Below are positions 22,341 to 36,700 of a stretch of DNA of 64,000 nucleotides, in pieces; position 1 is the stretch's first letter; the number at the start of each line of letters is the position of its first letter. The notes beneath the pieces were generated by a model, which was not told where the DNA came from, did not search any database, and saw nothing but the letters and a program-made list of their open reading frames with translations. Both the position numbers and the translations under genes were made by a program. Location of the stretch: assembly GCA_907165135.1 (NCBI GenBank), contig OU015568.1:8184001-8248000 (forward strand), in the 5' to 3' direction. The stretch is from Oikopleura dioica (Eukaryota; Animalia; Chordata).

Positions 22341-22962
22341 CAGGGCTCTAAATAGACTAGTCCGGGCTCGGACTTAGTCCGAAGTCCGTCCGGTCTAGTC
22401 CGGCCGGACGGACCAGACTTCTGATTTTTGGCTGAGAAAATTTTCGGACTAGACCAGACCAGACTTGCCTTTTTCGCCGGACTTAGTCCGAAAAAGTCCG
22501 AAAAGTCCGAAAAAGCTGGACCACTTTCAGACTTATGTTTTAGTCCGAAAAGTCCGAGAAGTCCGAGAAAGTCCGAGAAGACTTGACCACTTCCAGACTA
22601 CTTACAGACTTATTTTCAGACCAATTAAGTCCGAAAAAGTCCGAAAAGTCTTCAAAAGTCTTTCTTCTAGTGCCCTAGCAACTGTCGAGCTACGAAAGAA
22701 TCAAAAAATATCGTGTTTTTGTTGTATTTTATTCGAAAAATTTTCGGACTTTTTCGGACTAGACCGGACTAGACCGGATTTTTTTGGCTTTTTTCTCGGA
22801 CCAGACTTTTTCGGACTTTTTCGGACTTTTCCCGGACTAGACCAGACTTAAAGTCCGGGTTTTCCAATTCGGACCAGACCAGACCAGACTTGTAAATTTC
22901 GGCCAAGTGCCCGGACCTGGACAGACCGGACTTTTGATTTTCGCCTCAGATTTAGAGCCCTG
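22341..22962. mobile_element. hAT-family MITE (622 bp) built of AGTCCG/CGGACT/CCAGAC subterminal repeats
   Basis: 13-bp TIR CAGGGCTCTAAAT / ATTTAGAGCCCTG; perfect 8-bp TSD CTATTGAC (22333-22340, 22963-22970). Confidence 0.95.
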
Positions 22963-25900
22963 CTATTGACCTGAAAAAAAAAATCATAAGCACGCGCCTT
23001 GATCTTTTCTGGGGTTTCAATTTTCCCTTGAACAAAAAGGGTTGAATCCCTCTTTCGGAAGTTGGCTCTGAATGGGGTGCGAAGCGAGTACTGGGCGGAA
23101 ACAAAACCCGTGTTCGGTGAAAAGGATTCAACAAAATTGAAGTAGAATTTTGTGTTTCCCAGCGGCCCTCAAGTGCTGAATCCGCCCTTCCGGTGTTTGA
23201 AGTTTTCTTTCGCCTCTTCGATTTGGCGATTCATTATTTCCGTCTTTTTGAAAAACGGATACGTTTGTACAATTCCAACCTCCGATAATGGACACTTGAC
23301 GCTCTAAAACGAACACGAGAGCATCTTCAGGAGCTGTCGCTAGTTGACTCTCAAAAGTGCGATCCAATGTCAAAGGTCCTCATTTTCACCTCAAGAAAAC
23401 ATATTTTTTCAAAAATTATGGCTAATAAAAAATATTGATTTGATTTTTAAATATCAAATAAGGGTGTAGCCCTCAAAAGAGTAATTTTCAGAGGGCTGTT
23501 TTTTGAGAAAATAAAAAAATAGCTGTTGAACTCAAAATCTTCTCTGTCATCAAGCGAAGTGTCAAAAATTAGATAACTCTTTCGCCCTTCCTTGAGAACG
23601 ATCTTTGCGGCTAATGAGTACCGGAATGTCCGATAAACAAAAAAAGCGTCGGTGGAGAAGGAGGTGTCGGCGGGTGTGCACTTGGCGCTGGAATGTGAAA
23701 GGGCAATTAGGGCTTGATCCATCGCACTCGGCGCAAAATTTCTCAAAATTTCGCGAAATTCTTGACACCTTCGAAGCGAGTTTGGAAGCTCCAAAAATTT
23801 GGCGGGCGATTATTGCCAGCCTCGATCGGGCACTCTTTTTTCTCCTACGCTAATTATGGGAACAGTTCATTCAATTTTGCAAATATTCGACAAATTAACC
23901 AAAATGTCGACATAATCGAATAATAACTTCGCAAAACGAAATCGTAATTGATTGCTCAAAGAAACCTAATCGGGGATAAGTGAGCGCTAACTAACTAGCG
24001 ACGATGTTTGCCTCTTGACATCGCCGCGTAATGTCCGAGAAATGTCCACGCGGCACCGGACAAAAGGTAAAAGACACATTTATGACGGATTTAGGCTTGT
24101 TTCTGATGGATTTTTTTCTACAAGAGGCTCCCAGCAAGATCGGAAATAGAAAATCTACGCATCACCAGAACAACTTTCAATTGAGCTTCAGAAGATTGCG
24201 CAAAATTCGCCTCCTGAATCAACATTCTTCGTTTCGAGTAAAAACCCCTTGAAACAGTAGGAGCTCAATTTTGATCAGTATCAGAAAAAATAAAATTTAC
24301 ATTTGAGTCTCCCGGGAGAGATATCGCGAAGAACGATCGCGTTCGTGCGAGTAGTAGTGATCACCTGCTACGCCCTATCTTCAGTTTTTATCGGAGCCCA
24401 CTTTTAGCCAGCTGGAAGGAGTGGAAAAAAATAGCAAGTGCTTAGGTACTCTTACTTGGAAAGCCGGATACCAGAATTTTGGGCTCCTAAATGGAGAACA
24501 TCTATCTACCGGAAAGTTGTTGCTACGGTAGCGTTGCTACCTTATTTCTATAAAAATCTTTCTCCAGATTATCCACGGGCTCTGAGGCCCAGATTATATT
24601 TCAGTTCCGTGTTGAAACTCAGCAGATTTCTTGCTAAAACTAACCACTCTCTGAGAGGAACGCTCAAGTGATAAAAGGAAGCAATCTGATAGTCGATTAT
24701 GGGAAAGGGAACGACTGGACCTCGTTAGGAACGGGTCATGACGTAATGGGTTAAGGTTTCGCTGGCCTCTGTAATTACGTGAGCCGCCGACAGTTCCATT
24801 AGCGCGATCATCTGCGATAGCTTATTGCCTCCGTTTTTCGCGCCGCTTTTCGAAATGTCGACAGTTACAGACGAATTTCTTGAGAGACCCACAGACTTTG
24901 CACCTTTCTCCGTGAAAGAACATCTCCTCACAAATGGGGAATTAGGGGCGTTTCTATTTCTATCTCGGAGACGCCGGATGGGAATCCCCCAAATAAATTC
25001 CCCTAATCCCAACTTGGCGAATTCGCGTGACCTACAAAAATAAGACCCATTCGCTTCTATTCAGGTCAACAGCGAGAATTTTTTTGTTTGCGAAATTTAC
25101 TGAGGGCTTTTCGCGAATTGAATATTTGCTGATTTATGTTTCAGAAATTTCTTTATGTGACTATTATCATAGTTTCTTATGTCCCTTTTTTAATTTCATA
25201 AACCCTTTTTTCGATCCTAAGAATCACCAAACTATCCATCATTATCGTCCTTTTGGGACAAAATTTTTTACTTCAAAACAATAATCTTAGAAAGACAACT
25301 TCCGTATCTGAATAAAAAACAATACGAAGATGTTCATAAGCCAGGTGGGTGGGCGCACAGGTTGATCAAAAGCATGTGACGCGCGACTTCTACTTTGATC
25401 AAACCAAATCAGCAAAAGGCCTTCATCGCGCATCCGCATTTATTCAGATTCAAGAGCTCTCAAACTTCATCGCGCCGAAAATTATTCAATTTACAAAGTG
25501 GCACTATTTTTTCTGCCAAGTTTTGTATTCACAAATAAACAATATTTCAAAAACTATAACTCGGTCAAAGATATATAAAATCTAAAATTAGTGACCAAGA
25601 AGAACTTTCTCCAATGAAAAATTTGAAAAAGACACCCGAAAGTGCTGAAATGAAACAAATTTCGAGTCGAAAATTAGCTGATCAAAAATTATTATTCAAA
25701 TTTCGACGTGAATTTTTCCAATGCTAACTTCAATTTTCTTCAACCCTGAAGATTGCTCAAAATCGAGCATCATTTCTTTCCCCGAAATCTCCCTCCCAAG
25801 CTGTTGAGGTAGCTAAGGATCCACCCTCGCGTTCCATTTCGCGCGCTGTGGAAGGCTGCGGCGCTGTGGCGCGCGAAATAGACGGCGCTGTCCCTGGCCC

Positions 25901-26034
25901 ATAAGATTCTCCCCCTTCCCTTCGCTTCCAGAGCAAAATCAGTAACAGTAAACATTATCGAAATTACTTCCGCCAAACATACAAAAACACAAATTGACTA
26001 CTCTTTTTCAATCATCTAAAACGAAAAAAAAAGA

Positions 26035-27384
26035 ATGAAACAAGAGATGGAGGAGAAGAGCTACAACGCTTCCGCCAACCCTTTTTCCATCGCCAGCTTG
26101 ATCAAAGAGAGCAAGAAATCGCCGATTCCATCACCAGAGAGATCTCAAAATGACTCCGGCTACTCGGCTCAGTCTGATTCTGACTCGCGATCTGCTTCGC
26201 CAGAACCCAGTGTTGAGGCTTCTGTGAAGGTAAGAATCAGAGATAATGATAGGAAACAAGAAATGTATGTTTTATCGTAACACATCCTCAATTTTGAAAA
26301 AATTGCTAGAAGAAATTTTTTTTTAAATAGCCATAAAAAGTTAATATAATATGAAACTAATCTTATTCACTGTCTAACCATCTGTTTTAGTCCCTGGAGT
26401 ACCCTGCACAAGCACCCACATCCCCACCCGTGCTCCCGGACATCTACAAGAACCTCCTCGCCTACTCCAACTTCCTGAACATGATCCAGCAGATCCAGAC
26501 TCAGCAAGCCGCCCAATCTCTCCAAACGATCCCCCGCCTTCCCGCCATTCCCCAGCTTCCTCTTCCAGTCACATCTCTTCCTACACCAGCTCTTCCTCGA
26601 CCAAGCTTCGTCCAAGCGCCGAAAACTGAGCCACAGGAAAGCTTATCGCCACCAGCTTCGTCTGCTCCGGGAAAGATGCGCGCCGAGCCAAGAGGAGCTA
26701 CTGGAAATGGCCACAGAGCGCTCCCCTACGAACTGAAGAAGGAAAATGGCAAGCTCGTCTACCAGTGCGACAAGTGCCCAAAGAGATTCGGCCAGCTTTC
26801 CAACTTGAAGGTAAATTTCATTTTTAGTTTAAACTTTATCAAATTTATACAACAGGTGTGCGGGTGAGAGAAAACTGTTATCGCCTGAGCACCTGTTGTA
26901 TAAAAATCTAGCAGCAATAATTACGAGAAATTAATAAAAATTTCCTTTCATTTTTAACATTTGAAATTAAGGTTCACCGACGAGTGCATACTGGAGAGCG
27001 TCCATTCGCATGCACAAAGTGCAACAAGAGCTTCACCCAGCTGGCCCATTTGCAAAAGCACGACCTAGTGCACACCGGCGAGAAGCCCTGGCAATGCGAC
27101 GTTTGCCTCAAACGATTCACCAGCTCATCCAACTTGAAGACTCACATGAAGCTTCACAGGTAAATTTTTTAAAGAAAAAATTTTTTCAAAAAAAATCTAA
27201 AATTTCCACTTTCGCTTTTCAATCAAAATCAAATCTCTAATCCATTTCTTCTAGCTGCCCTGAAGCCCTCCTCCCGTCAATGACATCAACTCCGATCTCC
27301 AACCGAGCCGGCCCCGGAGCAGCCCGATTCCCCGCTTCGCTCAGCGCCTTCGGAGTCCCCCAGCAATTCGCTCTACCCTTCTAG
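26035..27384 (+). CDS. PRDM1: Blimp-1/PRDM1-like C2H2 zinc-finger repressor lacking the PR/SET domain, 3 fingers, 4 exons
   Basis: [30 protein letters not shown] / [62 protein letters not shown] matches Blimp-1 fingers 1-3; N-terminal FSIASLI is eh1-like. Confidence 0.88.
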
Positions 27385-27737
27385 AGAAGATTTCCCCGCG
27401 GTAGTTTCCACTGTATATATTTTGTTGAAACGAAATCTTTTCTTTTTCTTATTGTTTATGTTATTAATGATCTTTCTTCAAATAAAACGCGTGAACTAAA
27501 AAATCAAGCCCGTCTCATTCCTCATGAAATCAAGGAAGACATACCTAGATTGCTAATTCTGCAAGTCATCCAATTATTTTCTAACGCTAATGATGTCTAC
27601 GGCAATGATTTTGTGACGTATGCTCGGTTCTGTCGTAAAGCTCAATCGTTAGCGCATCATCCATAAAAAATAGAGCAATTAGAAATCCGAGCTTGTTTAT
27701 TTTCTCTACTGATTAGAATATAATATATAATGAAGAT

Positions 27738-30700
27738 ATGATTTTGAATTTCCTCTTCATACTTTTGCTCAACTGCGCTGAAGGAAAAGTAGAGAACTTG
27801 CGATACACAAGAAAATCAAATGGAGATTTGGCATTTACCTGGGAAGATGATGCCTCGCCAGGTAAAGAAAAGGGATTAGAAAGAGTATATTTTATTAAAT
27901 AAATAATTTAAAATTTTCGAAGAGGAAATTATTTCGTTCTTGGCGACTTTTTCTCTGGCGATTCTTTGATCTCCTTGAGCTTCGTTCGTCCAAGAACATG
28001 TCCCAAACTCAGACGCGTCGTTCTGTCCTTGTCCTTTCGCTCAACATTGAAAAGAAAGTTCATCGGCCCAAGACCAAAGCGGATCTTATTCGAGTACAGC
28101 CTTCGCGCGAGAACGTAACTGCTCTCGGCGATGTTTCGCACCGAGGATTTCTTGCTGTCGTCTTTGGTCTTTCTGACGGCGGATGGTTGCCTCAGGGCGA
28201 CGATTTCTTGTCCAGAAGCGCGGCCCAGTCGAGGGCCTTTTGGCACTGTGGGTTTTTGGAGGCCACGGGCTTTGTTGGCTAAAATGATTTCAATGAGAGT
28301 AAAGTGGTTGAAAATTACCTTTTTCGCGATTCTCGGCGAGGCTTTAGCTCTTGAATTAGCATCATCAGAAGGTCCTCCAGAAGTGTTAGCTTTCCTCAAA
28401 CTTCCAGTTTCCGCTGGTAGTCGAGTTCCACTCCAAGCGACTTCTTTCAAAACCTATATTCGTAGTCGATCTTCATCAGACTTTCGCGGGCCTCTCGCAC
28501 TTTTCACCGCACGAGTTGAAGTTCTCCTCTTCGGAGCTCGGATTGTTCCGGAAGATTGATGTCTTCGTAGATGTTGGGCGCTCGAGAACTTTGGCGGCTT
28601 GGCGGGCTTGCTTTGGGGCTTTGGATTGTCGAATGGGATGTCTAGCGTTTCTGGAATTTCCTGAAAGGCGACGTAAATAATTTACATTTGAAAAACGTTT
28701 CTTACTGAAATAGAAGCTTCTGTATCTTGATAAGCACTCTTGAGAGTCAGTCTCGATTCTGCATGTTGCACAAACTCGCTTGGAATGTCGTTTGTGCCTT
28801 GAATAGTTGCAGAATCCATACTGTCGAAGATCGTGTTCACTGCGACGTTGATATTCTCAGACGAAACTTTCTTCGGCGGTGCTGCTTTTTCGTTATAAAG
28901 AGAGTCGACTTTTCAAGGGTTGAAAAGAGATTTAGACAATAAGATCACTATGAGTCCAATTTCGCTGAATTTCAACCCTTTTCCTAAAATTGATGGATCC
29001 GAAACAGCTGAAGCAATTGACATGGCGCTAAGAACACGAGTCACAGTTCCTGTTTGGCTCCATATTGATGATAATAATGATTTGCTTTCAGTGGCGTTTT
29101 CGGGTTCAATTTCAGGCTCAGTCTGAGTTGGCAACACTTCCGCTGTGAATTCTGGGTCCTCCAGAAACGTTTCGTTCAAGACTTCGTCGATCACCTGATC
29201 AGCTATGAAGAAAATTAGTAGCGCGAAAAATAAGAAAAGAACTTACCGTCACAGAGAATTCCAGAAGTCGCTCTTGATGTAGGAATCGACTCATTGTCGG
29301 GAATTGATACAATGTCGAGCAGTGAGTTCTTTGATAATGATGGCTTCAACGATGACGGTTCTTTAGGGGTGGATTCTTGAGCTCGGGCAGATTCTGGTGC
29401 ATCTTCGTTTTGGATAATTTCATCTTCTTCTTTCGTTTTCTAAATTTGGAGATTCGTAATTTTTAAAACGGAAGTCAAACTTACCTTCGATAAAATCTGC
29501 ATTGTCGTTTTATTCCGGACATCTTTGCTGGTTATTTTTTCAGCTGAAATTGAGACGTGGTCGTCTTTGGACATCGCCATTCCTTGCTCGCCGAGGATCC
29601 CCGCGCTCGGCTCTTTTCCGACTTTTAGGCTCGAGCTTTGCTTCTTTTGCAAAAGCGGTTTTGAACGCTCTTGATGAGGAGCTTTTTCAGAAGTTGAGGA
29701 ATTATTAAGGCGGCTGGAATGTGTTGAAGTACGGTTATTTACAGCTGCTGCTGGCTTTGATAAAGGTTTAACTGGAGTTTCTTTACGGATGATTTTGCTT
29801 GTTCTTTGGCTTACTGTAGCTTTCGATTCACTTGGATTTGTGACATTTTTTGAGGTAGATTTACGGGTTGGAATAGATACAGTTTTGGTTGGAACAGTGT
29901 TTTTCCCGGCAACTGGCCTTTTTGAAGCAGAAGTTTTATCCGTGGAGACGTTTTTCGTCTCATCTTTTTTCACAATTTTATCCGTTTTTGCGACTTTTGG
30001 TTTTGAATCTGACTTTAGAATATTGGGCTTAGTTTTAACTGACGAAGATAAGGGGGTGTCTTTGACCGCGGATGGAGTTTTATGAAGCCTAGGGTTGCTT
30101 TTTGACTTTGAATCTGACAATTGGACCTTTTGAACATTGGAATTTGAAGTTTTTAAATGAGAAATTGTAATATTTTGATCAGAAGAATTGCTTTTTGGCT
30201 TTGGCTTTGATAATTGATTATTTTGAACAGTGGAATAACTAGATTTTGAATGAACTCTTGGGCTAGAAGATTTTGAATTTGATAAAGCAGCTTCTACAGT
30301 GCAATGATTGGTTTTGGAATCGGTAAGTTGGATGTTTTGAATACTAGCATTGGAAATTTTTGAATATGAATGAGGAATGTTTTGAATGGAATTAGTGTCT
30401 GACTCTTTTGAATTTGACGCTTGAATATTTTGAATGGTGGAATGTGAAGGCTTTGAACCAGTTTTTTGGCTAATTTGAACATTTGAAGTCTGAGGGCTTG
30501 AATGGGAAAGAGGAATGTTTTGAGGACTGCAGATAGAACCTGATGTCTTTTCTCTAACGAATGAAGCAGAAGGTTTTGAATTATTATCGGTTAAATCGCT
30601 ACAACTCGTATTTTTGGAGGATGAGCCCGATGAGCTCTTTTGGACAGCTTTTTGGTTAGGCTCTGAGTTTTTTGTGTCGATAACTGGTGGTGGTAAGGGA

Positions 30701-33700
30701 TCTGGAATGTTTTTCTTTTGAGAAGCTTCTTGCACTTGATGATTTTTTGGAGGTGAAGCGAGGGAATTTTTTGAAGATGCTGCAGTAACAGTTTTAAGAG
30801 AAGCCCGCGAGTGTTCAGAAATACTGAGGTCGGATACCTTCGAATTGATCTTTTGCGCTGAGAGTACAGGCGGATCTGGTATTGGACAGTAACTAGGAAA
30901 ACGGGCCGAAGTTGAGGGAGAATGAGAACACTCAGTTTCCCCAAAAGAAGTGGCTGAAGTTAGAGAATTCCGAGATTTTCTAGAAGAAGCGCGGGAAATG
31001 TTGTTGTTTTGGACATTTGAATTTGAAATGAACGAAGAATTTTGAGATTTTTGGTCGCCTTTTTGAAAGTTTGAAATCAACGAAGACTTTTTTCGTTCAA
31101 AAAGTGGACTTTCTGAGCTGACACTAGAATGGTCACTATTGAAATTTTGAAGTACAGGAAGACTTTGAGTATCTACGGGAAGCTCTAGTTGTGAAGGAAA
31201 CTCTTGGGATTTTTTAGGTAAAACTGACTTTTGCGCTGCAGGCGGTAGCTTTTGAGAACTGGTTTTAACGGAAGCTTGCTTGTTAAATGTTGAAGCATTC
31301 GATTTAACAGAAACAGAACTTACCTCCTCATCAAGATCGTCTTCAACGAGCTCGAGTTGCTCAGTCGCATCGCCCTTACCTAAATTGCGGGGCGAAGCCA
31401 GCAGCAGGGGCTCGTTGAACTCGGTTTGGTCACTCGATGTCCGGAAGAAAAGGACAATACGACGATAAACGAGGGCTCCAATTGTTGCAGCGGTGAAGGC
31501 GGTGGCGGCCACGACGATTGCTATCGGAATTGCTAGAATGAAAAATTTGCCTTTTTGAAAAAAAAAATCTCTTTCAAACCTTCTTCCTTTTTGATTTTTG
31601 CTAATTTTGCCATCGCCGGGCTCGTCATAGGTGCTGTTCACGCGCAGGAATCTTATAAACTGACGACCTGTTTTGAAAATTTCAAAGCGTCAAGACCGGT
31701 TCTAGAGACGGGCGCACCTGTTTTCAACTTTTTTTTTTCTAGGCCAGCATCTTTACTTCGCGCATGTTGACTACGACAATGACCGTTTTCTCCGACGCGC
31801 GACCAAAGAAAAATCACTGACGCTCAAGAAACAAGATTTTTCAATCGAAGATGTTTACAAGGACTTTTCCGTTCATCTAAGCTTGACGCCGATAATGACT
31901 GCTAATGGAAGTCGCTCGGACCCGCTTCACATTACAACCGATTATTCGAAAAAGCCCGACTTTCTCCCAAGAGATGACCTTCCAATGGTTCAAAAAGTAT
32001 TTGGAACCGCCAACTTCACCGATGGCTTCGCTTTCCAGTGGCTCAATCCGACCATTCCTGATAACACCGTCGACGACATAGTTTATCTGGTCCATATTTT
32101 GGACCAAGAAACAATGTATCGAGTGTCATACGCACTGAAGAATAAAATTTTAACGAAGAAATCTTATTTTACCGTCCGCGGGCTGATAGAAAACCACCCT
32201 TATGTTTTGCAAATCTGGACGATTGGATACAAAAACGGGGAGTTCTTCAAAAGCGTTGAGGAAAAGACCGTGTTTACTCGAACCTTGAGCTCGCGAAATA
32301 ACTTTGTTACTTGCGAAGAGTATCTTTGTTCGCATCAGAATCCTGTTCAGGTTTCCTGCGGAAATAATACTACTACAGATAGCGATATTTGCAAGAAAAG
32401 TACGACATGCTACAAGAAATACTCAGCAGACGGCGGGAAGACGGTGGCAGAATGCCCTTCTGATTACAATTGCCGAGTCCAAGAACCTTGGCGCTGGCCT
32501 GCTGAATCAGAGCTTCCTCAACAAGATAAAGAAAACCACGAATGTTATTTTGCAAGCACTAATCCAGAGAAAGAAACGAAATGCAAAAGAAATTCGAATT
32601 GCTGCTACGTAAGCAAGTATCTCAACTTTAATTTTGAGAGCTTTTTCAGGTTGATGATGACTGCTTTCCACGACGACTATGCCCGCACTTGTCAATTCCA
32701 AACGGCTCGGCATCTTGTGGCTCGGATAAATGCGAAGTCTCATGTGATCCAGGTTTTTATATCGTTGGAAATAGATTTCCTACTTGCATCAATCGCGAAT
32801 GGTCTCACATTCCAACTTGCACACCGAATAAATGCGAGCCCATCGATGAACTTCTTCAATATGGTAGCTACTATAATGTTCATCGCTTTAATTATTATTA
32901 TATTTTAGACGATAAAACAAAAGCAACATGCACGAAGAACCCAACAAACTCGCAGGATTCCAAGTGCGAGATCAGTTGCGTTACACCAAGCGACGATACA
33001 AGAATCGTCGGAGTGTCCTCAATTCAATGCTCAGTTCGGCCAGACACAGGGAAAGTCGCTTGGGTATGGACCCAAACAAACGAACCAGTTCACAGTGGAA
33101 CCGTTGGACTTTGTCTCCCCATTCTCGATCTTGAAAATTTCGTTTTTGAGCAAAAAAGAAAGTGTGAATGTACAGATACGAGCATTGATGACGAGTTTTT
33201 CTGTGACGGAAAATGCGATTGCCCGGGCTGCATCGATGAAACTTACAAAAGCTGTCTTCTTCGAGCAGAAATGGGTTTTGCTTTCCCAAACGAGAATGCG
33301 AGAACAAGCGTGACTCTTGAAATCCTTGATTTGGTTCACTCTACGCTTGAATTCGAAGTTTCACCGACAGAGGCAAAGGACTCTGTTTTTCTCGACAATA
33401 TTGATATTTCCAACGATTTGGTTTGCGACAATGACGCTTCAATGTTGGCTTATTTCAACTTTTGTGAAGAGCCACAGGAAACGGCAAAGAACGAGCTGTT
33501 TACAAAAATCAAATGTGTGTACAAACTTCCGGAAAGCTTCGTTGGAGGCGATCTTACTGCTTCCTACGACAAGTTGCTACCAGGCTCGGCGGCTGTTTCC
33601 GTCACTACGCCAGATTCTTTGCTGAAAACTCACACGCTTTCTGGCCAAAACGCTGTAATCGAATGGGCAAGCGGGAATCCAACAGATCCTGAAGTACTCT

Positions 33701-36700
33701 ACTACGAAATAACCATCACTCTAACTGACCGAAGCGATCGAAAACGAAGATCAGCTGTTGATCGAAGAGAAGTGATCATTTCCGCGACGCAGACAGAGTA
33801 TAAATTCACTGTACTCGAAGACCAACAGTATCAATTCCAGGCAGTAGCTGTGCGAGAAGATGGATCAAGAGTTATTGTTGTTCAGACTTCAGGAGAGCAC
33901 GAAAACAAAGCAATCCGGCCGGCGCCAGTTGTGTCTGTTTTCTCAACAAGCGAGAAACAAGCAACCTTTTCACTTCAAAACCCCGGTTACGAGTACTTAG
34001 GAGTGCGCATCTCAAACCGCTTCTATAATTACGAGGTCCAAAGGGCAAATATGACGGATGTTTCCGGAAATCCTCGCCTTAGTCTAGCGACCATTGATCT
34101 GCCGTATTCTGACACGAGCTATAAATTTGACATCGAGTTCTTAGTCAAACAGGATGTTAGTGAAAAACTGAAGATTTACTCGATGCCGGCAGTTATTAAT
34201 TTCAAGACAAAAAAGGTCCTGGAAATCGTTTTAGAAGACGTTGGCAGCGATTATCTCGTTTTCAGCTGGAATGTTGATGGTATTCCTACTGTTAGCATTT
34301 CACCAGATATATCGAATGGCGTCATAAAGGGAAACTCTGTTGAATTTTCCGGTTTATTTAGCAATCAAGAGTACAACTTCACGATGACATTGAGGGACGC
34401 GAATGACAGTATCTACTACGATTTGCCGGCTGATCCAATCGTTGGAATAACCCACGCTCGAGTAGAAGATTTTGACATTGTTATCGAAGAAATAAGAAGT
34501 GACCGGATGAAAGTCTCCTGGCCTACTGTAAAGGATGCCAACGGTAAACTGCCCATCAGTGAGCGATTTGCTCTATGGGGTTATGGAACTGAACCTGTAT
34601 GGGTTTGTTTTGCTTCTCCTTGTGAGATAACTGGTCTAATACACAGGTTTCCGTATGTTGGTAATTTGACGCTTCAATTTGAATCGTCAAAAGAAGACCT
34701 TGTAGTTTCAGAAGAACTTGGAACTGCTCCTAGAGCGCCGGAGATCTTACTGTCAGAAATTCGTTCGACTGAAATCCAGATCAAATTCGACACTTTGTTC
34801 AATGGTACTTTTAATGTTACAACATTACTTCCTGGTGATATTCCATATACTCAGGAATATAAAGATCCTGATGTTACTCTTGGTGGTTTACCCGAAGATA
34901 CAGAAATGCCCTTCGCATGTAAGACTGGCAATTCATTTTTCCGTCTTTTAACACTTCATTCTAGCTTTCATCAGATTCTCAAGCTTCAACCAGACGAATA
35001 CCTTCCCTGTAACTTTAACAACAAACCCAAAACCAAGAAAGCTGAAGGTCATTTCTGGAGACACGAATTCCGTAAAATTCGAGCTCGACCAAGAAGTCTT
35101 TGAAAAAAGTAAATTTGTGAATATGGTCATTCTTCCCGACTACACAAGTGAGGAAGGAAAACGAATCGACAGTCACATATATCACGCGAAAGGATTGGAA
35201 GCGGGCAAGACCTACAAAGCCGAAACTTCTTATAGATGGGAGAACGATATAAGAATGATCAATGCATTCCAATCCATTGATTTCAACATGACCACGGATG
35301 AGGACGTTGCCAATTTCACGACAGCTAATTATGTCGGCGACCTAACTTTCACCGAAATTCATCCGAACAACATGACTATCAGTTGGGATCCCGTGGAAAA
35401 CGCAGTTTCCTACGACCTCAAATACTTCATAAACAGCAATCCCGACAGAACAACCCTCCCTGATCAATACTTTACGATGAATTTGAAGTCTTCAGAAATA
35501 ACACTTACAAATCTCATTCAAGACAAACAATATGGTTTTCAACTATTTGCCAACTTCGACCAAAATTTCATGAGCAATGGAGAATTAACGTTTGAAAGAA
35601 CTACAAGAGATGATATTCTACCGCCGTTTTATTATAGTATTGAATGCAGATCAACGTGGATACGTGTCGAGTTTACGACCGATTATGATTTGAACGATCT
35701 TCCACCCCGGTCGGCGTCATTGAACATAACGCGGGATGGAGCCGTCATAGAATCAATCCAAATTGACCCAAGCTTCTTCGACAACACGAGGCTGTGTGAT
35801 GACTCTTGCAAATTTTTAGATGGAACCCCAGCTTGTTCACCTTTTAGGGCTGAAAATAGCAAAACGTATAAAAATAGATACTGTTCTATTCAAACTGTAA
35901 CGATTGAAAATCTTATTCCGTCGACTGACATCATCCTCGAAATCGACATCGACTATAATCCTCCACCGGGAAAAAACCCACCCCAAAATGGTATCACGAG
36001 ATTTTTACGAATGGCACCCAGTGCTCCTGTTATCTCCCTCGAAAGGGCTGCAGATACAAAAGTCGAGCTCACGTGGACGTACGACCAAGAAGAGTGGGAC
36101 GCCGCGGATGACAAGCGAAAATGCAGCTTGACAAGTTCCACTCAAAACGGAACAACTCAGTCTCATATTTTGGCAAACGGAACAGCCCACTCGACGATTA
36201 AAGGAATGCTCGCAGAAACGCCATACGAAATCGAGCTTTACTGCGATTTCGAATACATAAGTGATCTTGACGAGTTGCTGTATAAATCGACAGATTCAAT
36301 CAAAATCAAAAATACTGATGGTACTGGACCGACTATTTCTGGATTGGTTCTTGAGAAAACGGATTCTTTGCGCGCTTATGGGAAATGGAACACTCCTGGA
36401 TTTGCTCATTCAAAAGACGAGTACAATATCCTCGTTAGTGACCATGATGAAAAGAATACTTATAAACAAGGTCATAAAATAACGATCAACGAGGATTATA
36501 CAGAGTTCGAGACCACAGAACTCATCCCAAATGAATTTTATCGGCTCAACATGGATCTTGTAAGATTGATTCGGGAAGCGACCACCACCTCCCATCGATT
36601 CGAGCAGTGGACGAACACGCAGACAATTGAACAAATTAAAACCCCGAGACGTCTTTACCCGGAAATTCTGGAGCTTGGTTCAGACTACATCATATTTGGA

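Noticed and set aside
22341-22962. Regular short repeats resembling a CRISPR array or minisatellite, and ORF 22465-22851
   Set aside because: There are no unique spacers; the repeats are hAT subterminal motifs bounded by TIRs and a TSD, and the ORF is a repeat artefact.
22971-23794. Possible minus-strand gene (ORFs 23447-23794, 23128-23373)
   Set aside because: I could not build a consistent spliced model or find a domain; left unannotated rather than excluded.
24400-25050. Possible upstream PR/SET exons of the Blimp-1-like gene
   Set aside because: No SET-like motifs (for example NW.RYVN, ELL..Y) in the frames I could read.
31538-31770. Signal-peptide-like frame (FLIFANFAIAGLVIGAVHAQE) suggesting head-to-head overlap of the FN3 gene with the minus-strand gene
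   Set aside because: It has no in-frame ATG without an indel. The exon at 27738-27861 gives a proper ATG, signal peptide, GT donor, correct phase and a completed FN3 repeat.
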